A stretch of DNA of 64,000 nucleotides, from positions 544,001-608,000 of the forward strand of contig JBEPYO010000001.1 of the NCBI GenBank assembly GCA_041641295.1, read 5' to 3'. The notes below the pieces were generated by a model, which searched no databases, had not been told where the DNA came from, and saw only the letters and a program-made list of their open reading frames with translations. The translations under genes and the position numbers were made by a program. This DNA is from Nitrososphaerota archaeon. Lineage in GTDB: Archaea > Thermoproteota > Nitrososphaeria_A > Caldarchaeales > Calditenuaceae. This document shows, piece by piece, positions 28,492 to 38,837 of the stretch (the first letter of the stretch is position 1; every line of letters begins with the position of its first letter).

Positions 28492-29464
28492 AGTAGGGTT
28501 TTCCCAGGGCTGCTGGAGCCGGAATCCGCCCCTTGCTGGCCAGCGAGATCAGTACTAGTGTCACAATTGTTATGATGTAGGGGAGCATCATTATGAGCTG
28601 AGGAGTCTCAGCACCGAAGCCACGAAGCGGTATGCGGAACTGGAGGCTCTCGACACCGCCGAAGAGGAAGGAGGCGGCTATGGCTCTGAGGGGGCTCCAT
28701 GAGGAGAGGATTACGAGGCTGAGGGCTATGAATCCGCGGCTCCGTGTCAGGTTCTCGACCCAGAAGGGCTGGTAGCCTATGAACAGGTATGCGCCAGCCA
28801 CGCCAGCAAGCGCCGAGCCTATTACCACTGCGAGGTATCTGATGGCGAAGACGTTTACTCCGGCGGTATCTGCTAGGGCCGGGTTCTCACCCACGCTCCG
28901 CAGCGACAACCCCCACTTGGTCCTGAAGAGGATGAACCAGAGCAGGACGGCTGAGGCGAGGCCGGCGTAGACGAGGGCGTTCTGTGAGAAGAGGGCCCTG
29001 CCAATAATCGGGATGCCTGCTAGGAATTCCACCCTGACCTCAGGCAGCCTGGGAGCTTGCTTAAGCTCCGCCAGAAACTCGGGCACAGAGGGGTTCAGAG
29101 CCTTCAGCAGCTCCCTAGCCACTTCAGGCGCACCCATGAAGGCGCTCAGCCCTAGTCCGAGCCAGGTTATCGCCAGGCCCACCACTATCTGGTTCAGCCT
29201 GAGTGAGACCGAGAGGAAGGCGTGGAGTAGTCCGAAGACTGCTCCCACCAGGGCTGCCGCTAGGATTGCCGCCAAGTGGCCGTAGGCGAGTGTGATGATG
29301 AAGGATGTTATCGCTCCCATCGCCATTATGCCCTCGAGGCCAAGGTTTATCACCCCAGACCTCTCAGTTACGCACTCACCCACAGACGCTATGAGATAGA
29401 TTGTACCTGCTGACACGGCGCTAGTCAATATCGCCTCTATGAAGGATAGAGACTCTAGGGTCAT
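28478..29464 (-). CDS. Nucleoside/sugar ABC transporter permease
   Basis: ERSGVINLGLEG, GLSLRSVGENP, LPYIIT, PAALGKPY. Confidence 0.92.
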   Translation of the reverse strand: MTLESLSFIEAILTSAVSAGTIYLIASVGECVTERSGVINLGLEGIMAMGAITSFIITLAYGHLAAILAAALVGAVFGLLHAFLSVSLRLNQIVVGLAITWLGLGLSAFMGAPEVARELLKALNPSVPEFLAELKQAPRLPEVRVEFLAGIPIIGRALFSQNALVYAGLASAVLLWFILFRTKWGLSLRSVGENPALADTAGVNVFAIRYLAVVIGSALAGVAGAYLFIGYQPFWVENLTRSRGFIALSLVILSSWSPLRAIAASFLFGGVESLQFRIPLRGFGAETPQLIMMLPYIITIVTLVLISLASKGRIPAPAALGKPYSREE

Positions 29465-30588
29465 GCCACCCCTTCACCACGCCCAACCACGATGGTGAGG
29501 CGATGCCTCTTCACAAACTCCGCGACAATAGTGGCCAAGAAGATCATAGCCATTATGATCTCCACCCCCGACTTGGGCATCTGGAGGCCTGCCTGGAGGA
29601 GGTCGCCGCCAGTCACGAGCATTCCGAAGAGGATTGATGAGAAGAATACCGCGGGTGGGTAGAGGCCGCCCAGCATGGAGGCGATTATTGCGTGGTAGCC
29701 GTAGCCCGGGGAGGCTCCCGGTCTAAGCCTACCTATCAGGCCGCTGACCACGATAAGCCCTGCCAAGCCCGCCAAGGCCCCGCTGATGAGGACACCTCTA
29801 ACCAAGATGGAGCTTATGCTGAGCCCAGCATACCTCGAGGCATATATGTTGAGGCCCACAATTTTGGACTCAAACCCAAAGACTGTGTACTTGAAGACCA
29901 AGAACGTTAGGACTGTCGCGGCCAAGGCTATGGCTAGGTATGCCACCGCGTCTGGGACGCCTGGGATTGATATCTTGGCGGCTGCTGGGAACTGGACCGT
30001 CTGTGCAAATCCGTACCCGGCCGGGTCCTTCCAAGCACCATGTACTAGAAAGTCCGCGAGTAGAATGGCTGTGTAGTTAAGCATTAGGGTTGTTATTATC
30101 TCGTTGGCGCCGAACCTGACCTTTAGGACTGCCGGGATTAGGCCCCACGCGCCTCCAGCCATCATGGAGGCCGCGACCACCGCGGGCAGCAAGAGCTGCT
30201 CTCCGGGACCATATCCGGCACTGTGTAGGACGATGACACCGGTAGCGGCTATCATCCCCATGTATAGCTGCCCCTCGGCTCCTATGTTCCAGAAACCCAT
30301 CCTATACGAGTAGCATAGGCCTATGGCCGCCAAGATTATGGGGGCAGACCTCCTGAAGACCTCCTCGAGCATTATGGGGCTCAGGAGGGTTGTGAAGAAG
30401 GACCTGTAGATGTGGAGCGCGCTGAAGCCTAGGAACTGGAAGATGATCCCCGAGGCTAGGAAGGCGAAGAGCAGCATCCCGAGAGAGACGATTATCGAGT
30501 AGCGCGGGGTTACTTCAGGCCTCCTCTCAACCCTCACGGATAGCCTGAGGCCGCCGGGGAGGCTACGCCGAAGCACTGGCAGCCACAC
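29461..30588 (-). CDS. Nucleoside/sugar ABC transporter permease
   Basis: WNIGAEGQ, NEIITTLMLNY, SGALAGLAG. Confidence 0.92.
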   Translation of the reverse strand: MWLPVLRRSLPGGLRLSVRVERRPEVTPRYSIIVSLGMLLFAFLASGIIFQFLGFSALHIYRSFFTTLLSPIMLEEVFRRSAPIILAAIGLCYSYRMGFWNIGAEGQLYMGMIAATGVIVLHSAGYGPGEQLLLPAVVAASMMAGGAWGLIPAVLKVRFGANEIITTLMLNYTAILLADFLVHGAWKDPAGYGFAQTVQFPAAAKISIPGVPDAVAYLAIALAATVLTFLVFKYTVFGFESKIVGLNIYASRYAGLSISSILVRGVLISGALAGLAGLIVVSGLIGRLRPGASPGYGYHAIIASMLGGLYPPAVFFSSILFGMLVTGGDLLQAGLQMPKSGVEIIMAMIFLATIVAEFVKRHRLTIVVGRGEGVA

Positions 30589-32149
30589 CCCTTGACATCA
30601 TAATTCCGAGAAGCTCCGGGGTGGCCTCACCCCGCCTAACCACACCCACAACCCTGCCACCATACATTACAACAATTCTGTCGCTCAGCTCAAGAATCTC
30701 GTCCAAGTCCTCACTCAGCACTAGAACCCCAACACCCTCTGACCTCAATCTTGAAAGTATCCGCCTAACCTGTTCGGAGGCAGCTATGTCCAGCCCCTTT
30801 GTTGGGTAGGCGGCCACCAGTAGTGAGGGCTTTGAGGTTGTGAGTTCTCTGCCAAGTATAAGTCTCTGGACATTCCCACCTGAGAGCGACCCTGCCCTAC
30901 TCTTTATGGAGGAAGTATCGACCCTGAACTCCGAGACGACTTTTCCCGCCACCTCAGCGACCTTCCTCCAATTTATCACACCCATCCTCGAATAGGGCTT
31001 ATACCTCGCAACACGTAGCGCCACATTCTCATAGATGCTTAGCTCCGGAACGATCCCCCACTTCTTACCTTCCGGTGGGATGTAGGTTAGGCCGAGCTCC
31101 ATCAGCCTCCTAGGAGAGGCACCTGTCACGTCTAGACCGTTGAGCATAATCTTGCCGCGGACTGGCTTCCTGAGACCTGCTATCGCCTCGACAAGCTCTA
31201 TCTGTCCATTACCGCTCACGCCGGCAATGCCGACAATCTCTCCCCGATTCACTGTCAGGTCAGCATCTCTCACCGCTAGGACTCCCTCATCACCCATTAC
31301 TGAGAGGCCTGAGACCTGTAGTGTAGGCGCATCAACAGCAGGATAGGTGGGCCTCTCCTCTAAGCCCGCATTCCCAATAAGCTGCCCCCCAACCATCGCT
31401 GCCGACAACTCCTCGATGGTGGCCTCCCTAGTCGGCTTGGAGAGGACAATTCTACCGCGCCGCATCACAGTGACCCTGTCGCTAACACTCATCGCCTCGC
31501 TCAGCTTATGAGTTATGAGGACGATGCTCTTCCCCTCTTCGGCCATCCTCCTCATGGTCTTAAAGAGGACCTTTGTCTCAATTGGTGTTAGGACGCTGGT
31601 AGGCTCATCGAGGAGGAGGATGTCCGCTCCCCTGACGAGGAGTTTGAGTAGCTCGACCTGCTGCTTCTCACCGGGTGAGAGGTCGCCCACCCTAGCCCTA
31701 GGATTCAGCCGCCAGCCATAGTTCGACGCTATCTCCTCAAGCCGAGACTCGAGGGCCGACCACTTCGGAATAAAGCCCAGGCCATCATAGTTGAGAAAAA
31801 CATTCTCCACGACCGTGTGGGCCTCTATGAGCCGGAAGTCTTGGTGGACCATACCTATCCCGAGCCTGATGGCGTCGCGGGGACTCCTCAGCCTAACCGG
31901 GACCCCCCGGACCCTTATGACACCGGCGTCGGGCGTGTAGATGCCGTATAGAATATTCATCAGGGTTGTCTTCCCAGCCCCATTCTCACCGAGCAGGGCG
32001 TGAATCTCGCCGGCATAGATTGTGAAGTCTACCCTGTCGTTGGCCACGACTCCGGGAAAGCGCTTCACTATGCCGCGCATCTCGACCTTAGGGGTGAGTG
32101 TTGGGGCTGGTCCGGGGCTAGCCAACAAATCCTCAGACATCGGCTCCAA
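30563..32149 (-). CDS. ABC transporter ATPase with two NBDs (CUT2 type)
   Basis: GENGAGKTT, LDEPT, LSGGNVQ. Confidence 0.93.
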   Translation of the reverse strand: MEPMSEDLLASPGPAPTLTPKVEMRGIVKRFPGVVANDRVDFTIYAGEIHALLGENGAGKTTLMNILYGIYTPDAGVIRVRGVPVRLRSPRDAIRLGIGMVHQDFRLIEAHTVVENVFLNYDGLGFIPKWSALESRLEEIASNYGWRLNPRARVGDLSPGEKQQVELLKLLVRGADILLLDEPTSVLTPIETKVLFKTMRRMAEEGKSIVLITHKLSEAMSVSDRVTVMRRGRIVLSKPTREATIEELSAAMVGGQLIGNAGLEERPTYPAVDAPTLQVSGLSVMGDEGVLAVRDADLTVNRGEIVGIAGVSGNGQIELVEAIAGLRKPVRGKIMLNGLDVTGASPRRLMELGLTYIPPEGKKWGIVPELSIYENVALRVARYKPYSRMGVINWRKVAEVAGKVVSEFRVDTSSIKSRAGSLSGGNVQRLILGRELTTSKPSLLVAAYPTKGLDIAASEQVRRILSRLRSEGVGVLVLSEDLDEILELSDRIVVMYGGRVVGVVRRGEATPELLGIMMSRGVAASASA

Positions 32150-32293
32150 GATAATCTATGCTTGTCCAGCTCATAAATGGAGATTTCCCAGCACCAGTCA
32201 AATTTGCATAAACGTGAAAAATTACACATCCATGCACAATTTAGCCAGATTTGAAATGCATCTTTTTAAATGTCGATGACAGGGTGGGCCGCG

Positions 32294-33631
32294 ATGAGCT
32301 CGGAAAGGGTTTCTAGGAGAAAGTTCCTATCCGGGGCTTCTAGAGCTGTGGTGGTTGGCGGAGCAGCAGCGGGCCTAGTGGTAGGCGGTGTCGCAGGGTA
32401 TTTTGCCGGACAATCCACCGCCCCGGTACTGACTAGGACCCAGACCATGGCCATAACCCAGACCAAGACGGTTACTGCGGAGAGGAAGGGAGTCAAGGCC
32501 GGCTACTTCTATCCAGGCCCCGCAAAGGACTATGGCTGGTCCTACGCCCACGACTTGGGGAGAAAGTTCGCCGACGCATCAGTCCCGGGGAGCAGCAGCA
32601 CCTACATAGAGCTGGTTCCAGACCCTGAGGCCTCGTCAGCCATCAAGACACTCCTGGACCAAGGGGTTGACATAGTATTTGCATGCAGCTTCGGGTTCAT
32701 GGAGGCGATGGTGGAGGCCGCGCGCAACAACCCTGACAAATACTTCGTCCACATCTCGGGATACAAGAGCGGAGCAGCACCGCCACCCAACACTACAACG
32801 CCAAACATGAGCACAGCTTTCGCCGAGTTCTACCAGCTATACTACCTCAACGGCCTCGCAGCAGGCGCGGTCACCCAGACAGGCGTCGTCGGATACGTAG
32901 GGGCATTCCCAATACCCGAGGTTGTTAGGCACATAAACGCCTTCGTCCTCGGCGCCAACGCAACCTACAAGAGGAGGACCGGGAAGAACATCAAAGCCTA
33001 TGTTGTCTGGATAAACTCTTGGGTCGACCCGCCAAAGGCGAGGGAGGCCGCAATAGCGCTTATCGAGGACCAGAACGCCGACGTTATAGCCTACACCGAG
33101 GACACGCCAACAGTCCTCCAAGTAGCTGAGGAATACACGACACAGAAGGGAAAGCGCGTGTGGAGCTTCAGCCACTACAGCGACATGACAAAGTTCGGGC
33201 CCAACGCACACTTAACAGGACAGATCGTGAACTGGGGGCCCATATACGCCTACTTCTACAGAATGGTTGCGACCAATAGCTGGGAGCCAGTAGACATCTG
33301 GACGAGGCTGGGTGACATGACTCCGTGGAGGTGGAGGAGGCCGATTGAGCAGAGCCTCGCAGGAAAGCCAGAAGGCACGGTCTACCTAGCACCACTGAAC
33401 CCGGCAATCCCCGAAGAGGCTGTCCGCGAGATCAAGCAGAGATACGAGGAGATGAAGGAGCTCCTATTTGAGCCCTTCTCACCAGAGGGCAACCTCGGAG
33501 AGCCGATAAGAGACCAGGACGGGAACATAAGGATTGGCAAGGGAGAAAGGGCTGACAGAGAGTTCCTCTGGAGCGACAAGACCATGAACTTCTTCGTCGA
33601 ATACATCGAGTCACCATTCCCACGCGGCTAA
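32294..33631 (+). CDS. BMP-family ABC substrate-binding protein with Tat signal
   Basis: SRRKFL twin-arginine signal, Thr-rich linker, DYGWSYAH, PIPEVVRHINAF; divergent from the ABC operon. Confidence 0.9.
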   Translation: MSSERVSRRKFLSGASRAVVVGGAAAGLVVGGVAGYFAGQSTAPVLTRTQTMAITQTKTVTAERKGVKAGYFYPGPAKDYGWSYAHDLGRKFADASVPGSSSTYIELVPDPEASSAIKTLLDQGVDIVFACSFGFMEAMVEAARNNPDKYFVHISGYKSGAAPPPNTTTPNMSTAFAEFYQLYYLNGLAAGAVTQTGVVGYVGAFPIPEVVRHINAFVLGANATYKRRTGKNIKAYVVWINSWVDPPKAREAAIALIEDQNADVIAYTEDTPTVLQVAEEYTTQKGKRVWSFSHYSDMTKFGPNAHLTGQIVNWGPIYAYFYRMVATNSWEPVDIWTRLGDMTPWRWRRPIEQSLAGKPEGTVYLAPLNPAIPEEAVREIKQRYEEMKELLFEPFSPEGNLGEPIRDQDGNIRIGKGERADREFLWSDKTMNFFVEYIESPFPRG

Positions 33632-33721
33632 AGCCTCCAACCACCATTATTTTCTTGCCAAGTTTTTCTTACTTTGGGAATTACTGACACTTATATAGAG
33701 GGGGCTAGTTCTTGATGGAGA

Positions 33722-33904
33722 ATGGCGGTTAAAACGGTCGTATTTCCACGCTGCACCAGCTGCAACAGGCCAATAACGCCGGACATGAGGGCGGTCCGTT
33801 TCCCATGCCCCAACTGTGCAAAGGTGACCATCTGGCGCTGCGAGGTCTGCAGGGAGCTGGTTAGGCTCTACACCTGCCCCGCATGCGGTTTCGAGGGACC
33901 CTAA
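33722..33904 (+). CDS. Small zinc-finger protein (DUF1610/HVO_2753-like)
   Basis: Four CxxC motifs, FPCPNC, ends CGFEGP; upstream of EF-1beta. Confidence 0.88.
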   Translation: MAVKTVVFPRCTSCNRPITPDMRAVRFPCPNCAKVTIWRCEVCRELVRLYTCPACGFEGP

Positions 33905-33905
33905 C

Positions 33906-34178
33906 ATGGCGCGCGTCCTGCTAGCCGTAAGGATCCTAGCACAGGACCCAGACACCGACTTAGATGCCCTGAGCAACGAGCTGAGGGAGAAACTCCCCCA
34001 AGGATTCAAGCTACTCTCGATTAGCAGGGAGGCAGTGGCCTTCGGCCTCGAGAGCCTCGTCGCATGGTTCTCTGTACCTGAGGAAGAGGGTGTCACGGAG
34101 AAGCTAGAGTCCTATCTGACATCCATCAACGGCGTCGGAGAGTTTAACGTCGAGGCCATGTCTAGGACAAGCGAGTAG
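33906..34178 (+). CDS. ef1b: Archaeal elongation factor 1-beta
   Basis: 90 aa; DTDLDAL, EAVAFGLESL; conserved position after DUF1610. Confidence 0.88.
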   Translation: MARVLLAVRILAQDPDTDLDALSNELREKLPQGFKLLSISREAVAFGLESLVAWFSVPEEEGVTEKLESYLTSINGVGEFNVEAMSRTSE

Positions 34179-34186
34179 AAGGGAAT

Positions 34187-35650
34187 TCACCTTCTTCTCC
34201 GCCTAGCACGCCTCGGCCTACCCAACAATATCACGACGAGGGCCGTCACGAGTACTAGGAAGAAAGCCATCTCGACGGCGATGGGGAAGAGGCTTGATAG
34301 GTCTGTGGGGGTTGTAGCTGTCGGAGTGGTTGTCACAGTCGGTGTGGGCCCTGAGCCAGATATCCTCCCTCCCTCCACCTGGTAGTTGGCTACTTCTAGG
34401 CGAGCCTCATTACCCCCTACATCCAATGCTTGGACATAGACCCTCAAGACTCCATCACCCTCCGGAACCACCAGCTCGGCCGAGTATACGCCGCCACTCA
34501 GGCTCATCTGCTGCGTAGCAACCTCCGACCCAAGCACACCCACCACCCTCGGATAACCCTCAGCCAAATCACCGTCCGGATCCGTAACCCTCGCAACCAC
34601 CTTAACCCGCACGCCGTTCTCAACTGGGGTGGCTGAAGTGTCGGAGATAGCGGGGGGCCTCGAGACCGAGGCAATCACGATCCTCTTCTCCGATGAGTCT
34701 AGCAAGTAGATCAACGTGGGGCCCTTAAGTGCCGCGAGGGTGAAAGAGGCTTGGAGCTGCTCGCTCGAAACTTGGCCACCACTAATATCTCTGATAAATC
34801 CTTCGAGCCTCGAGAGTATTACCAGCCTGTCCCCGGGTAGTGCGAAACCGATATCGCCGACCCGGGCCCTGAACTCTGTATTTAGGCGCAGCTCAACACC
34901 GCGTATCGAGAGGCGAGCAACCCCTCCATCAGAGTCTACAGCCCAGACCTTCCCGTCGCGAGAGGCTAAGACCACGGGCTTCTTATCCAGCTTAAACTCC
35001 CTATAGCCCTCGCGTCCAAGCTCAACCATGAGGAGGTTACCATCCACCGTCTTGAGCCAGACATAGCGGCCTGAGGCGGCTGCCGGCCTGAAACGCTCCA
35101 GCTGCCTATCAGTGATTCTACCCTCCCACAGCACATTACCCTCGGGCGAGAGGTGGGTCAACACGGTCATGGTAGGGAAGTTCTTCACCAGTACGAAGCC
35201 CCCATCCACTGTTACAACAGCGTCTATGAGCCCAGCCTCCACAGACTTCCACAAAACCTTGCCAGTCGAAGAGTCGATAAAAACCAGCTCCGAGGACCCG
35301 GCCTCATAGGCCACAACAACCCCATACCCATACACCAAGTCAGAGACGCTAAACCCAAGCTCAATATTATTCAAGCCGACATCCGGGACATACAAGGCCA
35401 CGGAGCGGCCCAGTGGAAGAGCAAACCAGATACGCCCAGCATCATCCACCACCATATCGCTCGGCGGATAACTCAGCGGAGGATAATCAATAACCCCAGT
35501 ATACCTCACCCCCACAACAGGAATCACAGCCAACAGGCACAAGAGGAACGCGAGCAGAGCCGCATTAACACGCATACCAGAAAACACCAACCCCGGCATA
35601 ATAAACATGAACGGAGAGTTGACGCTTAAATCCATCATACCACAAGACAA
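34187..35650 (-). CDS. Secreted, C-terminally anchored cell-surface protein (beta-propeller-like plus Ig-like domain)
   Basis: Signal-like MRVNAALLAFLL (start probably ~35575); beta-rich repeats; ARVTDPDGDL; PT-rich linker; TM then RRARRRRR. Confidence 0.75.
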   Translation of the reverse strand: MSCGMMDLSVNSPFMFIMPGLVFSGMRVNAALLAFLLCLLAVIPVVGVRYTGVIDYPPLSYPPSDMVVDDAGRIWFALPLGRSVALYVPDVGLNNIELGFSVSDLVYGYGVVVAYEAGSSELVFIDSSTGKVLWKSVEAGLIDAVVTVDGGFVLVKNFPTMTVLTHLSPEGNVLWEGRITDRQLERFRPAAASGRYVWLKTVDGNLLMVELGREGYREFKLDKKPVVLASRDGKVWAVDSDGGVARLSIRGVELRLNTEFRARVGDIGFALPGDRLVILSRLEGFIRDISGGQVSSEQLQASFTLAALKGPTLIYLLDSSEKRIVIASVSRPPAISDTSATPVENGVRVKVVARVTDPDGDLAEGYPRVVGVLGSEVATQQMSLSGGVYSAELVVPEGDGVLRVYVQALDVGGNEARLEVANYQVEGGRISGSGPTPTVTTTPTATTPTDLSSLFPIAVEMAFFLVLVTALVVILLGRPRRARRRRR

Positions 35651-35656
35651 CTATAC

Positions 35657-36676
35657 GTGAAGTCGGTCCTAGTCGGCTCCGAGGGGTTTGAGGTCGTTGA
35701 AATAGAGACCCCTCGGCCTGGGCCGGGAGAGGTCCTAGTCAGGATGCTAGCATGCGGGCTCTGCGGCACCGATGTTGAGAAGCTCGAGGGCAGGTACCGG
35801 GGCTCCAAGCCGGTGATAGGCCATGAGGCGGCCGGCATCGTAGAGGCAGTAGGAGAAGGCGTAGCAGGGCTCGAACAGGGAGAATTGGTCGTGCCACACC
35901 ACCACGTCAACTGCGGCCAATGCTACTACTGCCTCAAAGATAGCCCAACCATGTGCCCATACTATAGGGAGTACAACTTCACGCCCGGCGGCTTCTCAGA
36001 ATACTTCATCGTGCCCCGATGGATAGTAGAGAGGGGAGGAATACACAAGCCGCCACCAGGCATGTCGCCGATACAGGCGTGTCTCACAGAGCCTACCGCC
36101 TGCGTCATAAGGGCTGTCAAGAGAATAACAGCCAAGAACCCCGAATCCTACGCCGTTGTGGGTCTGGGCGCGGTGGGACTCACATTCATCCAAGTGTTAA
36201 AGTGGATGGGGGCGAAGAGCATCATAGGCCTCGACATAAACCCCACTCGCCTAGCAGTAGCTGAGAGATATGGGGCGGAGGCCCTCAACTCAACAGAAGG
36301 CGATGTTGTCGAGGTGGTGAAAGACCTGACCGACGGCAGGGGCGTTGACGTAGCGGTAGTCGCCGCAGGCCCCCCACAAGCCCTCTCAACAGCTATTAAA
36401 CTCACTAGGAGGGGTGGCCAAGTCCTACTCTTCGCAGTCCCACCCCACGGCTCAACCCTCCCACACGACATAAGCGACCTACTAGTGAGAGAAGTCTCAA
36501 TCATATCCAGCAACGCCGCAACAGACCAGGAAATGAGAGAGGCACTGGACCTGATCTCGAGAAAAATTGTGGACGCGGAGGGCATGGTAACACATAGATA
36601 TAGGATAGACGAGTTCGGAGAAGCCCTCAAAACATTCAAAAAAGGCGCGGGAATAAAAATAGTGATAACACCATAG
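35657..36676 (+). CDS. Zn-dependent medium-chain dehydrogenase
   Basis: CGLCGTD, GHE, CGQCYYC...C, GLGAVG. Confidence 0.92.
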   Translation: MKSVLVGSEGFEVVEIETPRPGPGEVLVRMLACGLCGTDVEKLEGRYRGSKPVIGHEAAGIVEAVGEGVAGLEQGELVVPHHHVNCGQCYYCLKDSPTMCPYYREYNFTPGGFSEYFIVPRWIVERGGIHKPPPGMSPIQACLTEPTACVIRAVKRITAKNPESYAVVGLGAVGLTFIQVLKWMGAKSIIGLDINPTRLAVAERYGAEALNSTEGDVVEVVKDLTDGRGVDVAVVAAGPPQALSTAIKLTRRGGQVLLFAVPPHGSTLPHDISDLLVREVSIISSNAATDQEMREALDLISRKIVDAEGMVTHRYRIDEFGEALKTFKKGAGIKIVITP

Positions 36677-36718
36677 CCGGGCAAAGAAGATGGAAAATCT
36701 TGAGGGCGCGGCTTACTG

Positions 36719-36802
36719 CTACCCAGACTTCAAGCAGCTGACGACAACCTTCTCCGGAATAAACTCCTCCTCACTACCATCTCTTTTAACCACCTTGATC
36801 AT
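36719..36802 (-). pseudogene. Truncated ATP-cone domain remnant
   Basis: Manual translation MIKVVKRDGSEEEFIPEKVVVSCLKSG* matches an ATP-cone N-terminus; stops after 27 aa. Confidence 0.65.
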
Positions 36803-36836
36803 ACAAGACATATATCAAATGGAGGATAATATCCGT

Positions 36837-37547
36837 TTAGCTGGACCTCCGCCTCAATATATCCAGCATGAGCCTAGCATTATCCAACATCCAGTGATCA
36901 TTATTGAAGAAGACATAGACGGCCCTAGGCCCGAGCGATAGTATCGTATCCGCGAGCTCGGAAAGCTCATCTAACGAGTAGTCATGAGCATACCAGCCGG
37001 ACCTTCCATGCATCCTCAGATATACCACACCCCCACTTGAGTGGATGAAGGTTTTCACCGGCGAGTCGATGGAGACGTAGGTAGCCCCAATACCCGATAT
37101 CTCTTCGGCTAGCTCGCGGCTGAACCAGCTTTCATGCCTAAACTCTATCGCGAACCTCCTACCAAGCCCAGACTCGGTGAAAAACCTTCGAACCCTCGCG
37201 AGATTCGCCTCACTAGCTGAGAAATTAGGAGGCATCTGGAAGAGATAAAAATCCACACGCCCGTCAAGCGGCTGAAAGAGCTTGCGAAACCTCCTCCAAG
37301 TCTCGAGGGCAGGGTCAGAGAGCTTCCTCAAATGAGTTATAGACCTATGGACCTTGACAGCCCACTTAATCGCAGTAGTCTTCCTCGACCAGCCCAATAC
37401 TTGAGAGGGAAACGGGAACCTGTAGAAGGAGGCATTAAGCTCGACTGCGTTAAGCCCAGAGTTTACGAGATACCAGTCCAACGACCCATCAGAATTCCAG
37501 TCATACATCCAGCCCGAGGTCCCCACAAAAACCTCCAACAAATCCAC
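36837..37547 (-). CDS. DUF72 family protein
   Basis: VGTSGW, VELNASFYRFP, FQMPP, EFRHESW, YLRMHG, YVFFNND. Confidence 0.92.
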   Translation of the reverse strand: MDLLEVFVGTSGWMYDWNSDGSLDWYLVNSGLNAVELNASFYRFPFPSQVLGWSRKTTAIKWAVKVHRSITHLRKLSDPALETWRRFRKLFQPLDGRVDFYLFQMPPNFSASEANLARVRRFFTESGLGRRFAIEFRHESWFSRELAEEISGIGATYVSIDSPVKTFIHSSGGVVYLRMHGRSGWYAHDYSLDELSELADTILSLGPRAVYVFFNNDHWMLDNARLMLDILRRRSS

Positions 37548-37796
37548 CCCCTAAACCTAAATCACACACCGACCCAATTAATCCATTTAAACAAACCGAC
37601 AAGAATGCAGGATAAGATATAGTAGCCAAGACGAAGCCGCCTACAACATTAGTACTAATTTAGGATATTATCTATAGATCCCATGCTACCATTCGGGAGA
37701 TATGACGCGCCGCTAGCATTTAGAAGGGATAATCCTTTGTTAAAGCCACATGTTAGCTGTAACATTTTTTAGATACGCGCTATCCTCAGTTAGGAT

Positions 37797-38837
37797 ATGA
37801 GGGTGCTTGTTACGGGAGGGGCAGGGTTTATCGGTTCACACATAGTAGAACACTATGCGGCTAATGGGTTCGAAGTTGTTGTATTGGATAACTTTGCACG
37901 GAGCAAATTACTTGGGAAGGGTGCAGAGTGGTCGAGGTATAACTGGGATTACCTTAGGTCTAGGTTCCAAAATGTCGAATTGGTGGAAGCTGATATCAGG
38001 GACTATAAACAGGTGGTGGATGCGGCGGCGGGGACAGATCTCATAGTCCATGCAGCTGCGCAGGTTGCAGTTACTACGTCACTAAACGATCCTCTGACAG
38101 ACTTCATGATAAATGCTCAAGGGACAATTAATGTTCTCGAAGCTGCGAGGAGACATGACTCGGCCATAATCTTTCTATCCACTAACAAGGTCTACGGCGA
38201 CAGGGTGAATGAGATCCCACTAAAAGACGAAGGGACAAGATACTGGTATGACCAGCGCGAATATCTCCAAGGAATACCTGAAGACTTTCCCATTGACGGA
38301 AGCACTCATACCCCCTACGGCTGCTCAAAACTTGCAGCCGACATATATGTGCAGGACTATGGCAGGGTATACGGCCTCAAGTCCGCGGTATTTAGGATGA
38401 GCTGTATCTATGGAGAGAGACAGTTCGGGGTTGAAGACCAAGGCTGGCTAGCCCATTTTGCCAGGCTTATAATTTATCGAGAGCCTATAACCATCTACGG
38501 GGACGGTAAACAGGTAAGAGATGTACTCTATGTTGGGGACCTTGTGAGAGCTATTGATAGGGCCTATACGCTCGCGTCCAAGCTCACAGGCGAGGTATTC
38601 AATATTGGCGGCGGCCCGGAAAACTCATTATCACTGCTTGAGGCTATAGACTATATTTCTGGTCTGGAGGGATTCCGACCACAACTCTACTTTAAAGAAT
38701 GGAGGCCTGCCGATCAGAAAGTGTATGTCAGCGATATACGGAAAGCCATGAAGATGCTTGACTGGAGACCGGAGGTTGGATGGAGAGAAGGTATTAAGAG
38801 AATGCATAAATGGATGAGTAACATGATGAGGAGATGA
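37797..38837 (+). CDS. NAD-dependent nucleotide-sugar epimerase, CDP-paratose 2-epimerase-like
   Basis: GGAGFIG, AAQVAVTTS, STNKVYG, PYGCSK, RQFGVEDQGW. Confidence 0.85.
   Translation: MRVLVTGGAGFIGSHIVEHYAANGFEVVVLDNFARSKLLGKGAEWSRYNWDYLRSRFQNVELVEADIRDYKQVVDAAAGTDLIVHAAAQVAVTTSLNDPLTDFMINAQGTINVLEAARRHDSAIIFLSTNKVYGDRVNEIPLKDEGTRYWYDQREYLQGIPEDFPIDGSTHTPYGCSKLAADIYVQDYGRVYGLKSAVFRMSCIYGERQFGVEDQGWLAHFARLIIYREPITIYGDGKQVRDVLYVGDLVRAIDRAYTLASKLTGEVFNIGGGPENSLSLLEAIDYISGLEGFRPQLYFKEWRPADQKVYVSDIRKAMKMLDWRPEVGWREGIKRMHKWMSNMMRR

Noticed and set aside
4122-33631. XdhC plus BMP ABC transporter as a purine-catabolism cluster
   Set aside because: More than 23 kb apart with no molybdoenzyme structural genes in the window.
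36690-36941. 83 aa plus-strand ORF
   Set aside because: Antisense to the DUF72 3' end and the ATP-cone remnant; no recognisable motif.
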